A DNA stretch of 61,036 nucleotides, from NCBI GenBank assembly GCA_965645705.1, contig CBFFWQ010000011.1, positions 64,001 to 125,036 of the forward strand. Reading direction: 5' to 3'. Under the pieces are notes generated by a model, which was given only the letters and a program-made list of their open reading frames with translations, was not told the origin of the DNA and searched no databases. Positions 30,151 to 39,587 of the stretch are shown here, in pieces; positions within the stretch are counted from its first letter, which is position 1, and each line of letters begins with the position of its first letter. Position numbers and translations under genes: made by a program. This DNA is from an uncultured Lachnospiraceae bacterium. GTDB lineage: Bacteria; Bacillota; Clostridia; Lachnospirales; Lachnospiraceae.

Positions 30151-30384
30151 AGTAAAAACTCATTTACTATTTTAATGGATCTCTCATATAATGAAGACGT
30201 AATTTACCTCTTGTTCTTGCATCATACTGCATACCACCTATTAGTATCTCTACATCAGCAGAATCATTATTAGGTTCAATTTATTTTAATACTTTTTTAC
30301 ATTAAAATAAATACTTTGCTTAATAATTTTTCTTTACAAAATAATCTATAATCTAAAGTGTGGAGTTCTGTTATAAAAACCACA

Positions 30385-31269
30385 CTAATTATCTACCGAA
30401 TCTGTCGGTGAAACTGAAACACTGGAAGAATCGTCAGAAGGAACAGAATCACCTGAATCAGCAATAGAAGAATTACCTGAACTGGAAGTACCAGAAGATG
30501 GATTCAAAACACTCTCTACCAAAGAAGCATCCTGTAATTCACGATCTATGAAAAAATCAATACCTCGTGTAATAATAAGAGGACGCATGAATACATCTAT
30601 TAAAATACAAACAAAAGCTTGCATAATACACAAAGAATAAAGTAAACCTAAACGACCCTGACCTAAAGTAAGAGTATAAGTGAAATTACCACGAAACAGA
30701 AATACGCCTAAAATCTGACAAATACTATAAACCCCAAAATCTTTCCAATCATAAGTAAGACACTCATTTAGATTTTCTTTGAATAATGCTAAAGCTTTCG
30801 CATACACACTCACATACTTATCCTCGGGTTGACCATATTTATAATAATACTTCATTACGCATACATTAATAGAGTCATAATACAATAAATTTAATAAAAC
30901 ACGTGGCTGGATAATTTTCCAAGCAATCCCTTCCTTACTCGGAATACCCTCTGCAAACTGCTTGCTAACGAAATTACTGCTAATGGTCACTAACCTAAAG
31001 GTTTTTAATGGAGATAAATCAGGCATAGCAGAACCTTGTTTCCCTTTTAAAGAAATTGACCATAACCAATACAAGACAGAATACCGTATTAAATAAAATA
31101 CTGCTACGCCAAATACAAAGAAAATAACTTCCCCGAAGAACCCAATCAAACTCGTATTAACACCGATAGCACGAATCATAAATGACGCACCGAAGTACGT
31201 ACACGCATACACCAGCAAGAAACTCACTAGTTCAATAAATGCACACAAAATACTATTCAATACACCCAT
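30385..31269 (-). CDS. Polytopic membrane protein with a Ser-rich C-terminal tail
   Basis: Multiple hydrophobic helices. The C-terminus is SSGTSSSGNSSIADSGDSVPSDDSSSVSVSPTDS. Confidence 0.55.
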   Translation of the reverse strand: MGVLNSILCAFIELVSFLLVYACTYFGASFMIRAIGVNTSLIGFFGEVIFFVFGVAVFYLIRYSVLYWLWSISLKGKQGSAMPDLSPLKTFRLVTISSNFVSKQFAEGIPSKEGIAWKIIQPRVLLNLLYYDSINVCVMKYYYKYGQPEDKYVSVYAKALALFKENLNECLTYDWKDFGVYSICQILGVFLFRGNFTYTLTLGQGRLGLLYSLCIMQAFVCILIDVFMRPLIITRGIDFFIDRELQDASLVESVLNPSSGTSSSGNSSIADSGDSVPSDDSSSVSVSPTDSVDN

Positions 31270-31280
31270 AATATACTTTC

Positions 31281-31799
31281 CTATTTTACACGTTTAAACT
31301 TTGGATAAAAGGTAATAAATGCTTTACCCAGCACATACGACTTATAAATATAAGGTTGTTCCCAATACCTTGCATCAGATGAATTAGATCTGTTATCACC
31401 TAAAAACAAATAACAATCGTCTGGCACAGTAAACGTCCCTGTATAATCAAAATTATTCTTCACATAATCTTCGACTAGCAGCTCACCGTCCACATACACA
31501 GTACCATTACGTATTGCTATTGTTTCTCCAGGGAGACCTACCACACGTTTTATTAAATTAATACGCTTTTCAGCAGAATAAAACGCTATTACATCGCCAC
31601 GTTCAATGGTGTCCTCCCCAACACGTAACAAAATAACTTTGTACCCTGCACCTATTGTTGGTGACATACTACCTGTTGGAACATTGATAACAGAAAATAA
31701 AAAAATCCTACCAATAATTAAAACTATACTTACTACAATTAAAAACGAAACTAAAAATACTTTAGCACTTCTCTTAAGTTTTGTTATGATACTAGTCAC
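31281..31799 (-). CDS. Signal peptidase I (S26 family, SipW/LepB-like)
   Basis: N-terminal TM. Box B PTGSMSPT (catalytic Ser), box D KRVVGLPGE (catalytic Lys), box E GDNRSNSSDAR. Confidence 0.8.
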   Translation of the reverse strand: MTSIITKLKRSAKVFLVSFLIVVSIVLIIGRIFLFSVINVPTGSMSPTIGAGYKVILLRVGEDTIERGDVIAFYSAEKRINLIKRVVGLPGETIAIRNGTVYVDGELLVEDYVKNNFDYTGTFTVPDDCYLFLGDNRSNSSDARYWEQPYIYKSYVLGKAFITFYPKFKRVK

Positions 31800-32176
31800 C
31801 TACTTCCTGCCATCTGTACTTCAAAACTTGCACTCAGTATACTGAACATAAATTGACAAAAATTAAATTCTGCAAACTTATTTTCGCAAACAAGATTAAG
31901 AAATTCAAAATGCCTTGAAAATTCTTTTAGTATAAAAAAAGCTGTTGTATTCTGTAACAAAAATTCTTTATAACTCTTTTCAAAAATTTCCACCAAATAA
32001 GTGGAACTATTCTTGTTTTCTGCAATCATAGCCTTTAAAAAAATAGGTGGTTCTAACTCAGGAATTTGAATTAAATTATCTTTATAATTGCCACAAATTT
32101 CTGTAGATACAGCAAAACCTAAAGAATTTTGCTGAGTTGTCGAGAAATAATTTTCCGAATTAAAAATAACAATCAA
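31796..32176 (-). CDS. Hypothetical protein
   Basis: 126-aa ORF. Confidence 0.4.
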   Translation of the reverse strand: MIVIFNSENYFSTTQQNSLGFAVSTEICGNYKDNLIQIPELEPPIFLKAMIAENKNSSTYLVEIFEKSYKEFLLQNTTAFFILKEFSRHFEFLNLVCENKFAEFNFCQFMFSILSASFEVQMAGSR

Positions 32177-32204
32177 CTTCGTCTCCCCCCTTCAAACAGA
32201 ACTA

Positions 32205-32282
32205 AAGAACTGTACTCACGAACCACAAAACTAAAGAGCAAACAACTTACTTGATAGAACTAAAGGCTCGTGAGTACGACTG
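32205..32282 (-). promoter_or_regulatory. Inverted pair GTACTCACGAACC ... GGCTCGTGAGTAC upstream of 31796..32176
   Basis: 13-bp arms about 45 bp apart; three CTAAAG copies between and around the arms. Confidence 0.4.
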
Positions 32283-32342
32283 CTTTGATGGCTTTTGAAA
32301 CACATTAAAAAGATAACTAGAAACTCTATACCATCAAAGTAA

Positions 32343-34322
32343 TTAAACAACGGAAAGCGTATTTATTACTGGGAATAAATTGCACGCTATACACGAAAAT
32401 AAATAATCTTTTGTTCTGCAAAGCTCAAGAGAATCACAAGACTCAGTGGTAGTAGCAGCATACTCCCTTAGTGATTTATAATAATCATAAGTTTCTGGAA
32501 TTTTATAGGACATCCAATATACATGTGCTTCCAAAACTGTTACAGTTCCTAAGTCTATAACATGAATTTCTTCCTCTTTATCTACGCTTCCTATTACTGG
32601 AATTCTTTCATCCACATAATCAACAAAGTGATCATCAAAAGAATTGCCTGCATTATCAACAAAAGCGTTAATGTACTGTGCTCTGTCGTTGCTTGAAAAA
32701 TGGAAATCATCTGCTGGTTGTAACTCTGCTGCCATAAGAAATGCAGCATCCCCATCGTCCCCACCGTTAACACAATCCCTGTTATTACTACTCTTATCAA
32801 TGCACTCCTTATAAATATAAGATAGCATACAAGAAATAGCCACTGACATGGAATCTAAAGGAATGTTATTTTCGACACTATTGTTATCTTTGAATGTATA
32901 CTTCACTGTTTCAGAATAACTACTTTCTTCCCTGTAATCATTTATCAGAAAGCAAAAACTTTCGGGTTCAAAAATAGATTCTGTACTTTTCTTGTTCTCT
33001 GTAATTAGTACTGGAAACTCCCTGTAATCCGCACAAAGATCGGTAGTAATCTTTTCACCAATTTTAAGTCGAAGATTACGTAACTCTTTCTTTACACTGT
33101 CTAATTTTTCTTGCACACCCTTAGACGCTTCCTTAGAAAGTTTGGCTTTCCTTTGTTGCAGTTCCAATAAATCACCAGAATACGAAAAACTAAACATCCC
33201 ACGAGAAACTGTATCAAACTGTAAATACCTGCCACCCGATACAATGCCTCCTTGATTCTCATTGTAACTTTGCAAATCCCCGCAAATCACCTGAAAATCT
33301 ATAGTATTGATAGCCAAGTATTCGCACTCCTCAACTAAAGGAGGCTTCACAAAAGTGAATTGACTCCAACTGGTATCAGAACTATACAAAACATTCGGCT
33401 CTTCCGTAATGCCATTGAAATGCTCTGGAGTAAAGTCTATATAAATAGCAGCATTATTATTACACAAGAAAATATTCTCAGCCATGAATAAAGAACAAAC
33501 TAAAGCTCTCCTATTATAAATCTTTCTGTTACTACAAAGAAACGCTCTAATTTGTGAAAATAAATACTTCACTTCATTTTGATTAAGTAATAATGCAACG
33601 CCAGAAGCATCTTTATACTTATCACCTAAAGAAACTAAAGAGTCAATACTACAACAAGATTCTTCTCGCATTTCCAAAATACAATTCACTGTTTCCGTAA
33701 TGACTTCTTTTAAATTCAAAACATTAGGTGTACCATGCTTAACTCCTTTCACAAGGTCTATACCATAGTCACCATTCTTAATTAGGCAAAGATCGTTATT
33801 TAACCACATCTCTGTAGTGTCTTCTTCTATGGAATCAGACACAAGTACATAAAAGGAAGTCAAATAATCAATTAATTCGCCAACAGTCTTTACAACGCCA
33901 TTGGAATGCAACTCCATCATAATAGATAAAATTTTCATACAGGACTTAAAATTTCCTATAAACTCATAACTACAGAACTTTCGAAATACTGTAGAATAAG
34001 ATTCTTTCCAGTATCGTATAGCTTCTCTAAAATCATCATCGGTTTCGAAACCATCTCCAGATTGCGTATACACGATATCATCATAATTCGACAACAAATA
34101 AATTCCGCCATGCACACTTCTTCTTACATTAATCTGAAAATCGTTCATAACTTCAGAGAAACTAAAGGACTGATTTGAATCAGCCGACTTCTCCAGTCCC
34201 ATAAATTTAACATAACAGGAATAATAATCTGGATCCATTAAAGCGATAATACTATGCAAACACTCGTAATATACAGCATTACTATTTCTCGAATTAGCGG
34301 TTTTATACCTAAATAAGGTCAT
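32343..34322 (-). CDS. Large hypothetical protein (659 aa)
   Basis: Long ORF. Confidence 0.55.
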   Translation of the reverse strand: MTLFRYKTANSRNSNAVYYECLHSIIALMDPDYYSCYVKFMGLEKSADSNQSFSFSEVMNDFQINVRRSVHGGIYLLSNYDDIVYTQSGDGFETDDDFREAIRYWKESYSTVFRKFCSYEFIGNFKSCMKILSIMMELHSNGVVKTVGELIDYLTSFYVLVSDSIEEDTTEMWLNNDLCLIKNGDYGIDLVKGVKHGTPNVLNLKEVITETVNCILEMREESCCSIDSLVSLGDKYKDASGVALLLNQNEVKYLFSQIRAFLCSNRKIYNRRALVCSLFMAENIFLCNNNAAIYIDFTPEHFNGITEEPNVLYSSDTSWSQFTFVKPPLVEECEYLAINTIDFQVICGDLQSYNENQGGIVSGGRYLQFDTVSRGMFSFSYSGDLLELQQRKAKLSKEASKGVQEKLDSVKKELRNLRLKIGEKITTDLCADYREFPVLITENKKSTESIFEPESFCFLINDYREESSYSETVKYTFKDNNSVENNIPLDSMSVAISCMLSYIYKECIDKSSNNRDCVNGGDDGDAAFLMAAELQPADDFHFSSNDRAQYINAFVDNAGNSFDDHFVDYVDERIPVIGSVDKEEEIHVIDLGTVTVLEAHVYWMSYKIPETYDYYKSLREYAATTTESCDSLELCRTKDYLFSCIACNLFPVINTLSVV

Positions 34323-34344
34323 CTAATCACTCCTCTCTTACAAA

Positions 34345-35355
34345 TTACTTTAATTCTTCATGCCATGGAACATCCATAAGCACTACATCCAAAAAAGCTT
34401 TTTGATAATGCTTCTTGTGTATCATGAACATTAACATGATTTTATTTGGATCAAGTTCAAAACCAAACTGCCATTGTAATTCCACTAAATACTTCTCTGG
34501 TAGTACCGTAACAGAACTTGACCAATTACTTGTTGCCATCCGAATATTGTCATACTTATTATACTCATCGTTAAAGACTAAATATACCTGCTCAAAAAGA
34601 TGATAATTACGACCCAAATGCTTATACATTGCTTCTATAGTCCCATCTAAAGACGACTTTTCCACATACGCATAAAACACAAGAGAAACATGACGAGACT
34701 CCTTTATACCATGAATCTTCATAAAACCATCTGGTGTACGAGAATACAGTAAGTAACCGCAGATAATACCTAAAGCATCGAAAGAATCATAATCCTTACT
34801 AAAATGAGTATCTCTATACTCGGACGTTCCTGGAAACAATTGTGCTACGTCATAAGAAACACAGGATTTACTATTACAACGTTTCCTAAATTGCTGATCG
34901 TTATCTTCTGCTAACTCTTTATTCACTACATACTTCTTCCAAGTCTGCGGAAACATCTTTTCATACAGTGCATCTTTCAACTCAGGTAAGATTTTAACCC
35001 AAGCATCCATACGTCCAGCCAATTCCTCAAGTACACGATTTGCATACTGATGAGATGGAACAGGACACTCTCTTACAACAATACAAATCTTCTGATTACG
35101 TATAGTATCACTTAAAACCTGCAACAGGATACCGTAAAAGGCATCCTTGTTATGTGCATCTCTACGTACATCTAATAACACAACTACACTGTAATCAGTA
35201 CTTACAATTGCAAAACCAGTACAAGAGGAAGACTGGTCGATCCCAATCATATATTCTTTTTTATCTGATAATTGTAATTTGAAATTATTATGCATTTGCG
35301 GTCTGATAAAATTAATTTTACCACCTACAACTACACACCCAGCTATTGTAGCCAT
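34345..35355 (-). CDS. RNase H-fold (RuvC/YqgF-like) protein candidate
   Basis: Near the N-terminus MIGIDQSSSCTGFAIVSTDYSVVVLLDV resembles the RuvC-like beta1-beta2 motif (IGIDxG...GxAv). Confidence 0.3.
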   Translation of the reverse strand: MATIAGCVVVGGKINFIRPQMHNNFKLQLSDKKEYMIGIDQSSSCTGFAIVSTDYSVVVLLDVRRDAHNKDAFYGILLQVLSDTIRNQKICIVVRECPVPSHQYANRVLEELAGRMDAWVKILPELKDALYEKMFPQTWKKYVVNKELAEDNDQQFRKRCNSKSCVSYDVAQLFPGTSEYRDTHFSKDYDSFDALGIICGYLLYSRTPDGFMKIHGIKESRHVSLVFYAYVEKSSLDGTIEAMYKHLGRNYHLFEQVYLVFNDEYNKYDNIRMATSNWSSSVTVLPEKYLVELQWQFGFELDPNKIMLMFMIHKKHYQKAFLDVVLMDVPWHEELK

Positions 35356-35428
35356 TTCTCACCAACTTTCTAAATTTTTAAATACCAGTAACCTAATCTA
35401 AAGGAATCATGCAAGCCTATAATAAACT

Positions 35429-36094
35429 CTAATCATCCGACAAAAGTTCATCCAAATCTAAAGCGGACTTTTTCGGACTCTCAGCAAAACTAAAGGCGGA
35501 TGATGCCTCCGCCTTAATAGGCACACTCTTCTTGAACACTTCCTTATAAATCTCTTGTACTGACACATCATGCTGCATAAGCGAAATCATCTTCTTTATC
35601 TCCTGCAACGAACACTTTTTAGCAATCATCAATTTGCTTAATCCTACAAAACTGTCTGGTACATACAAATCGTAAGCATCTGTTTTAGCGACATCAAGAT
35701 GTGGCAACTTTTCATAAGAATCAATTTCAGGTTCTTTCTGATAAATCGTGTTGTTCCCTACGAATGCCTGCATACTAGGGTCACTCTTTAGAAGCTTCTC
35801 AGCTTCTGCATAAAAATTTGTAGTATTGCCGAGCTTCTCCGATTTATACATAGAAACAAACTTGATATAATTACCAGATCTTCCACAAGAAAAACAATGG
35901 AATCCATGAGTGGTGTCATTAAAAGAACACGAAGCATTCTCATCTAAATGAAAGGGACAACGTACCCAAAAATCGCTTCCTCTTTCATTGTAGCCAGACA
36001 ATAAATTATTCTCTCCGAGAAACTTCTTAAAACTATAGTCTGGGGAGTTATTTACAAATCGAATTACATTGTCAAGCACTTCTTTATTTATCAT
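35429..36094 (-). CDS. CHC2 zinc-finger protein (DnaG-primase-type zinc-binding domain)
   Basis: CPFHLDENASCSFNDTTHGFHCFSCGRSGNY matches the CPFHxExTPSF...CFGCGxxG primase zinc finger. No TOPRIM is evident in the 221 aa. Confidence 0.55.
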   Translation of the reverse strand: MINKEVLDNVIRFVNNSPDYSFKKFLGENNLLSGYNERGSDFWVRCPFHLDENASCSFNDTTHGFHCFSCGRSGNYIKFVSMYKSEKLGNTTNFYAEAEKLLKSDPSMQAFVGNNTIYQKEPEIDSYEKLPHLDVAKTDAYDLYVPDSFVGLSKLMIAKKCSLQEIKKMISLMQHDVSVQEIYKEVFKKSVPIKAEASSAFSFAESPKKSALDLDELLSDD

Positions 36095-36266
36095 AGAAAC
36101 ACCTGCCTATACTATCAACTAAAAGATTAGTAGTTTCCACTCTACGAAAACTAAAGCTTGTAGATAAAAACAAAAAAGTTATTGTAATTTCGAAGTGCAA
36201 AATACAATAACCTTAAAAATCGTTATACCTACTAAGTATAACGATCTATTACTACAATTCTAAACC

Positions 36267-38114
36267 CTATCTCGTTATTTTGGTGCGGTGTTCATTTGCA
36301 AACCGCTTCGCATCATCTAAAGTGAAGAGACTACCGATGTTATCCAAAATATATAAAAACTCTTCCCTATTTTTAGGACTCATGTTCTCTGCTGATTTAC
36401 GAAACATATAAATCCTCTTCTCATCTTTTGTCATGTTTTTAATTAATTCTTTCTCTTGTGCTTCACGTATCTTATCCTCGGAAGCTGATGCATTAAGATT
36501 AATAAGCAAACTTCTTCTAATTGGTTCAAGTGTTGGATTAATCAATTTACCTGTTTCAAAATCTTTTTTACTTCGTATCAGCACTTCACAATGCATCACA
36601 CAATCTGCATCAATAGTAAACTCTGCAGAAATATCTATAGAACCTTTTGGCACAGCAGGAACTTTATCAATCACTAACTGACCGACACGATTATAACCAC
36701 CGATACCACACGAAGACTGCTGATACAGATCCAGAATAATTAAATCTTGATCATCATAAGAATTTGTAAACGATTCCATAACGGAAGCTGGAATAGTGGA
36801 ATTCTTACTAAAGATAGGCTGCACTTTACCATCAACGTAAATACCGATTGTCAAAGGTAATACATCATGTATTATTATATCAGTATCACCATACAAAATA
36901 CCCTTAGACATAATACCAGCACCACGAGCGACTGGTTCATACTCAACAGAACTGTCATCTACAATAATTTCATACTTCTTTAAATCTCTGGCAAGCCACT
37001 CTTTCAAAGCATAATAACGACACGAATTGCCAACGAGAATCAGGGAATAAATTGGGACACGACTATCCATAATAACATTCTCTGTAATTTTTAACAGACG
37101 CTTATACAATGGAACAAATGCTTTCTCTACATCGTCTGTAGTTATTTTAACTTCAAACTCTGTCGCATCTTCCCTTAATTGACCTTCATACCAGATTGGT
37201 ATTTTACTAAGTATAACCTGTCCTTTACTACAATGCTTATAAGACTCTGCTTTAGAAATAAGGCTTGCTCTACAAGCTTGATCTAAATCCTCTACATCGA
37301 CACCTAAAGTCTGCAATTTCTCATACAAAATCTCCACAATACTTTTATCAAAGTCATCACCACCTAAAGCAGTATCACCATCAACGTTGATAGGCTCTAC
37401 TAACTTTGAGCCTTCTTTTAAATCTTCACACTCAATACCATACAAATCGTACAGTTCACGCAATAATCCAGTATCGGTTGCATGAACTAAAGATACATCA
37501 AAAGTACCACCACCAAAATCAAACACCAAATTATAAGAACTTCTCATTTGTGTTTCATCCAGATTATAGCACATGGCAGCAGAAGTAGGTTCTCGCAGAA
37601 TATACAAACAATTCATCCCAGCTAAAGCACAAGCTTTCTTGGTATTTTCAACACCTACGTTATCAAATTTAGCTGGGACTGTTACTACTACATCCCTAAC
37701 TTTTCCTTCATAACCTTTCGTTTGATCTGCAATTCCCTTTAAAATCATTGCAGAAACTTCTGTTGGTGTTTTTACAACACGCTCGCCATTATACTCGAAT
37801 ACTACCATTGCCGTAGGATCTTGCATCTTGCTCTTTACTGAAGTACATACATTTGGATTACCTTGATGGGCGTACTTATAAGCTTCATCACCAACTACCC
37901 AATTGTCACCGCCAAGCCACATAACTACTGACGGCATTGTTAATTTACCGCTCTTCAGCACTATGTTTTCAGCAGCATGATTCTTTAAACCGCAACTGAT
38001 AGAACTATTTGTAGTTCCTAAATCAATCCCAAATGGAATCGATTCCACTACATCTGACTTTTTACTTGATGCGGAAGATGTAAAAGCATCCACTTCTCTA
38101 GCATACTCTGACAT
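36267..38114 (-). CDS. Hsp70/DnaK-family ATPase, divergent
   Basis: GIDLGTTNSS; VVVTVPAKFDN...ILREPTSAAMCYNLD; FDFGGGTFDVSLV; ALGGDDFDKSIV; LILVGNSCRY. Start moved to MSEYAREV at 38114, preceded by AAAGGAGAA. Confidence 0.8.
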   Translation of the reverse strand: MSEYAREVDAFTSSASSKKSDVVESIPFGIDLGTTNSSISCGLKNHAAENIVLKSGKLTMPSVVMWLGGDNWVVGDEAYKYAHQGNPNVCTSVKSKMQDPTAMVVFEYNGERVVKTPTEVSAMILKGIADQTKGYEGKVRDVVVTVPAKFDNVGVENTKKACALAGMNCLYILREPTSAAMCYNLDETQMRSSYNLVFDFGGGTFDVSLVHATDTGLLRELYDLYGIECEDLKEGSKLVEPINVDGDTALGGDDFDKSIVEILYEKLQTLGVDVEDLDQACRASLISKAESYKHCSKGQVILSKIPIWYEGQLREDATEFEVKITTDDVEKAFVPLYKRLLKITENVIMDSRVPIYSLILVGNSCRYYALKEWLARDLKKYEIIVDDSSVEYEPVARGAGIMSKGILYGDTDIIIHDVLPLTIGIYVDGKVQPIFSKNSTIPASVMESFTNSYDDQDLIILDLYQQSSCGIGGYNRVGQLVIDKVPAVPKGSIDISAEFTIDADCVMHCEVLIRSKKDFETGKLINPTLEPIRRSLLINLNASASEDKIREAQEKELIKNMTKDEKRIYMFRKSAENMSPKNREEFLYILDNIGSLFTLDDAKRFANEHRTKITR

Positions 38115-38252
38115 AAACAAATTCTCCTTTCTTGAATGCAATAGAAACTGTACAAAAAATAAATTTATAAATGTAACAAAAATGAACCTTGTTACACCCA
38201 TACAATTAAAATAACCTAAAGCTTGAAAGTACATCAATGCCTACTTCAACTT

Positions 38253-38292
38253 AAAAACTGCTATGCTTTACGCACAGCAGTCCATAATTTAT
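38253..38292 (-). terminator. Putative terminator after the Fic gene
   Basis: On the minus strand CTGCTGTGC-loop-GCATAGCAG is followed by TTTTTAAG. Confidence 0.4.
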
Positions 38293-38346
38293 TGTCTTAT
38301 TAAAAAATTCTTTGTAAGTACACATAACTGTTAAATAAACAAACAT

Positions 38347-39141
38347 CTATTCTAAGAATGAAAATATAGGAAGTGCCTTTGAATTCGTATTTTCATTATT
38401 AGCTTTTGTACTATCTATTAATCCTTCAACAGTTTTTTTATACCAATCCTGTTCAACTTTAAAATATAAAATTAAATCTTCAAAAATTCCCATTTTCTGT
38501 GCTTTATTTATTGCAGTAATATACTGTAATTTATTAGAATCCCTTACAATAAAAGGAATCAAATTATTATTAAGGCACTCACGAAATAAGAGCATCCGTC
38601 CTGTTCTACCATTACCATCTTGAAAAGGATGTATGGCTTCATATAAAGCATGAAACTCAGCTAAGTCATCTAAGGTTTTATTAGAATTTCCATAACGTTC
38701 TAATAATTTTCTCATTGCTGCAGGAACATCTTTTGGTAGTATAGTTTGAATATCATTTACGACATTTGCACGTGTCTTATAATCCCCAATAGCATATCCA
38801 TTAGCTATATCCTCAAAAACCCCTTGTTTCAATATTTTATGAAAGTTCTTAATTAATTCCTCAGATAAGTTATCTTCCAATGTTTTAAGCATAAAATTAA
38901 ATAATGCAAAATGTCCAGATGTTTCTTCAATATCTTTAGCTCGGTAAATGCCATCTGCATAAATAGTTCCTGTACTAAATAAAGAAGCAGTTTGATCCTT
39001 ACTCAACTTGCTACCTTCTATTTTGTTTGAATTATAAGCAAACTCTCTTTGAGTAAAACCGTAAACTCCGCTACGAATTTCATGTTCTTTTTCTTGAATT
39101 AAAGCAGTTAATAACAATTGATTAAAATCATTCATATGCAA
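38347..39141 (-). CDS. fic: Fic-domain AMPylase with an N-terminal inhibitory helix
   Basis: Fic motif HPFQDGNGRTGR. Inhibitory motif S-x-x-x-E-G (SNKIEGS) upstream of the Fic core (class II arrangement). Confidence 0.85.
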   Translation of the reverse strand: MHMNDFNQLLLTALIQEKEHEIRSGVYGFTQREFAYNSNKIEGSKLSKDQTASLFSTGTIYADGIYRAKDIEETSGHFALFNFMLKTLEDNLSEELIKNFHKILKQGVFEDIANGYAIGDYKTRANVVNDIQTILPKDVPAAMRKLLERYGNSNKTLDDLAEFHALYEAIHPFQDGNGRTGRMLLFRECLNNNLIPFIVRDSNKLQYITAINKAQKMGIFEDLILYFKVEQDWYKKTVEGLIDSTKANNENTNSKALPIFSFLE

Positions 39142-39587
39142 TTTTCTCCATTCCTATTGAAATATACTATTGATTTAACGATACCTACACAATAATCATT
39201 CTCTTTTAAATAATCAACCACTTTCAACCGACAGGAATATAAACAACACATCATACTAAAAGTAAATTTTTCATCTGATGTTTCCTACAAACATCATTAA
39301 CTTGCTGCATCTGGTTGTTCTAAATAAACAATTTCTATATCATAATCCCTATCATTCCTTTCTTTTGAAAATTTATGAAAACCTCAATATTTTACTATTT
39401 TATCATTACAGCAATACAATGTCAAACAAATAAAGATTTCCAATAAAATAAATTCTACTATTCTTTACAAAACCTAAAGGAACAGTATAAAACAGCACCC
39501 CCAATAAAGGAAATGCTGTTAATACTATCTAATAAAAACCAGCAATTGCCTTATGTTACTGAAAGATCTTGAGTCATATAACCCTAC

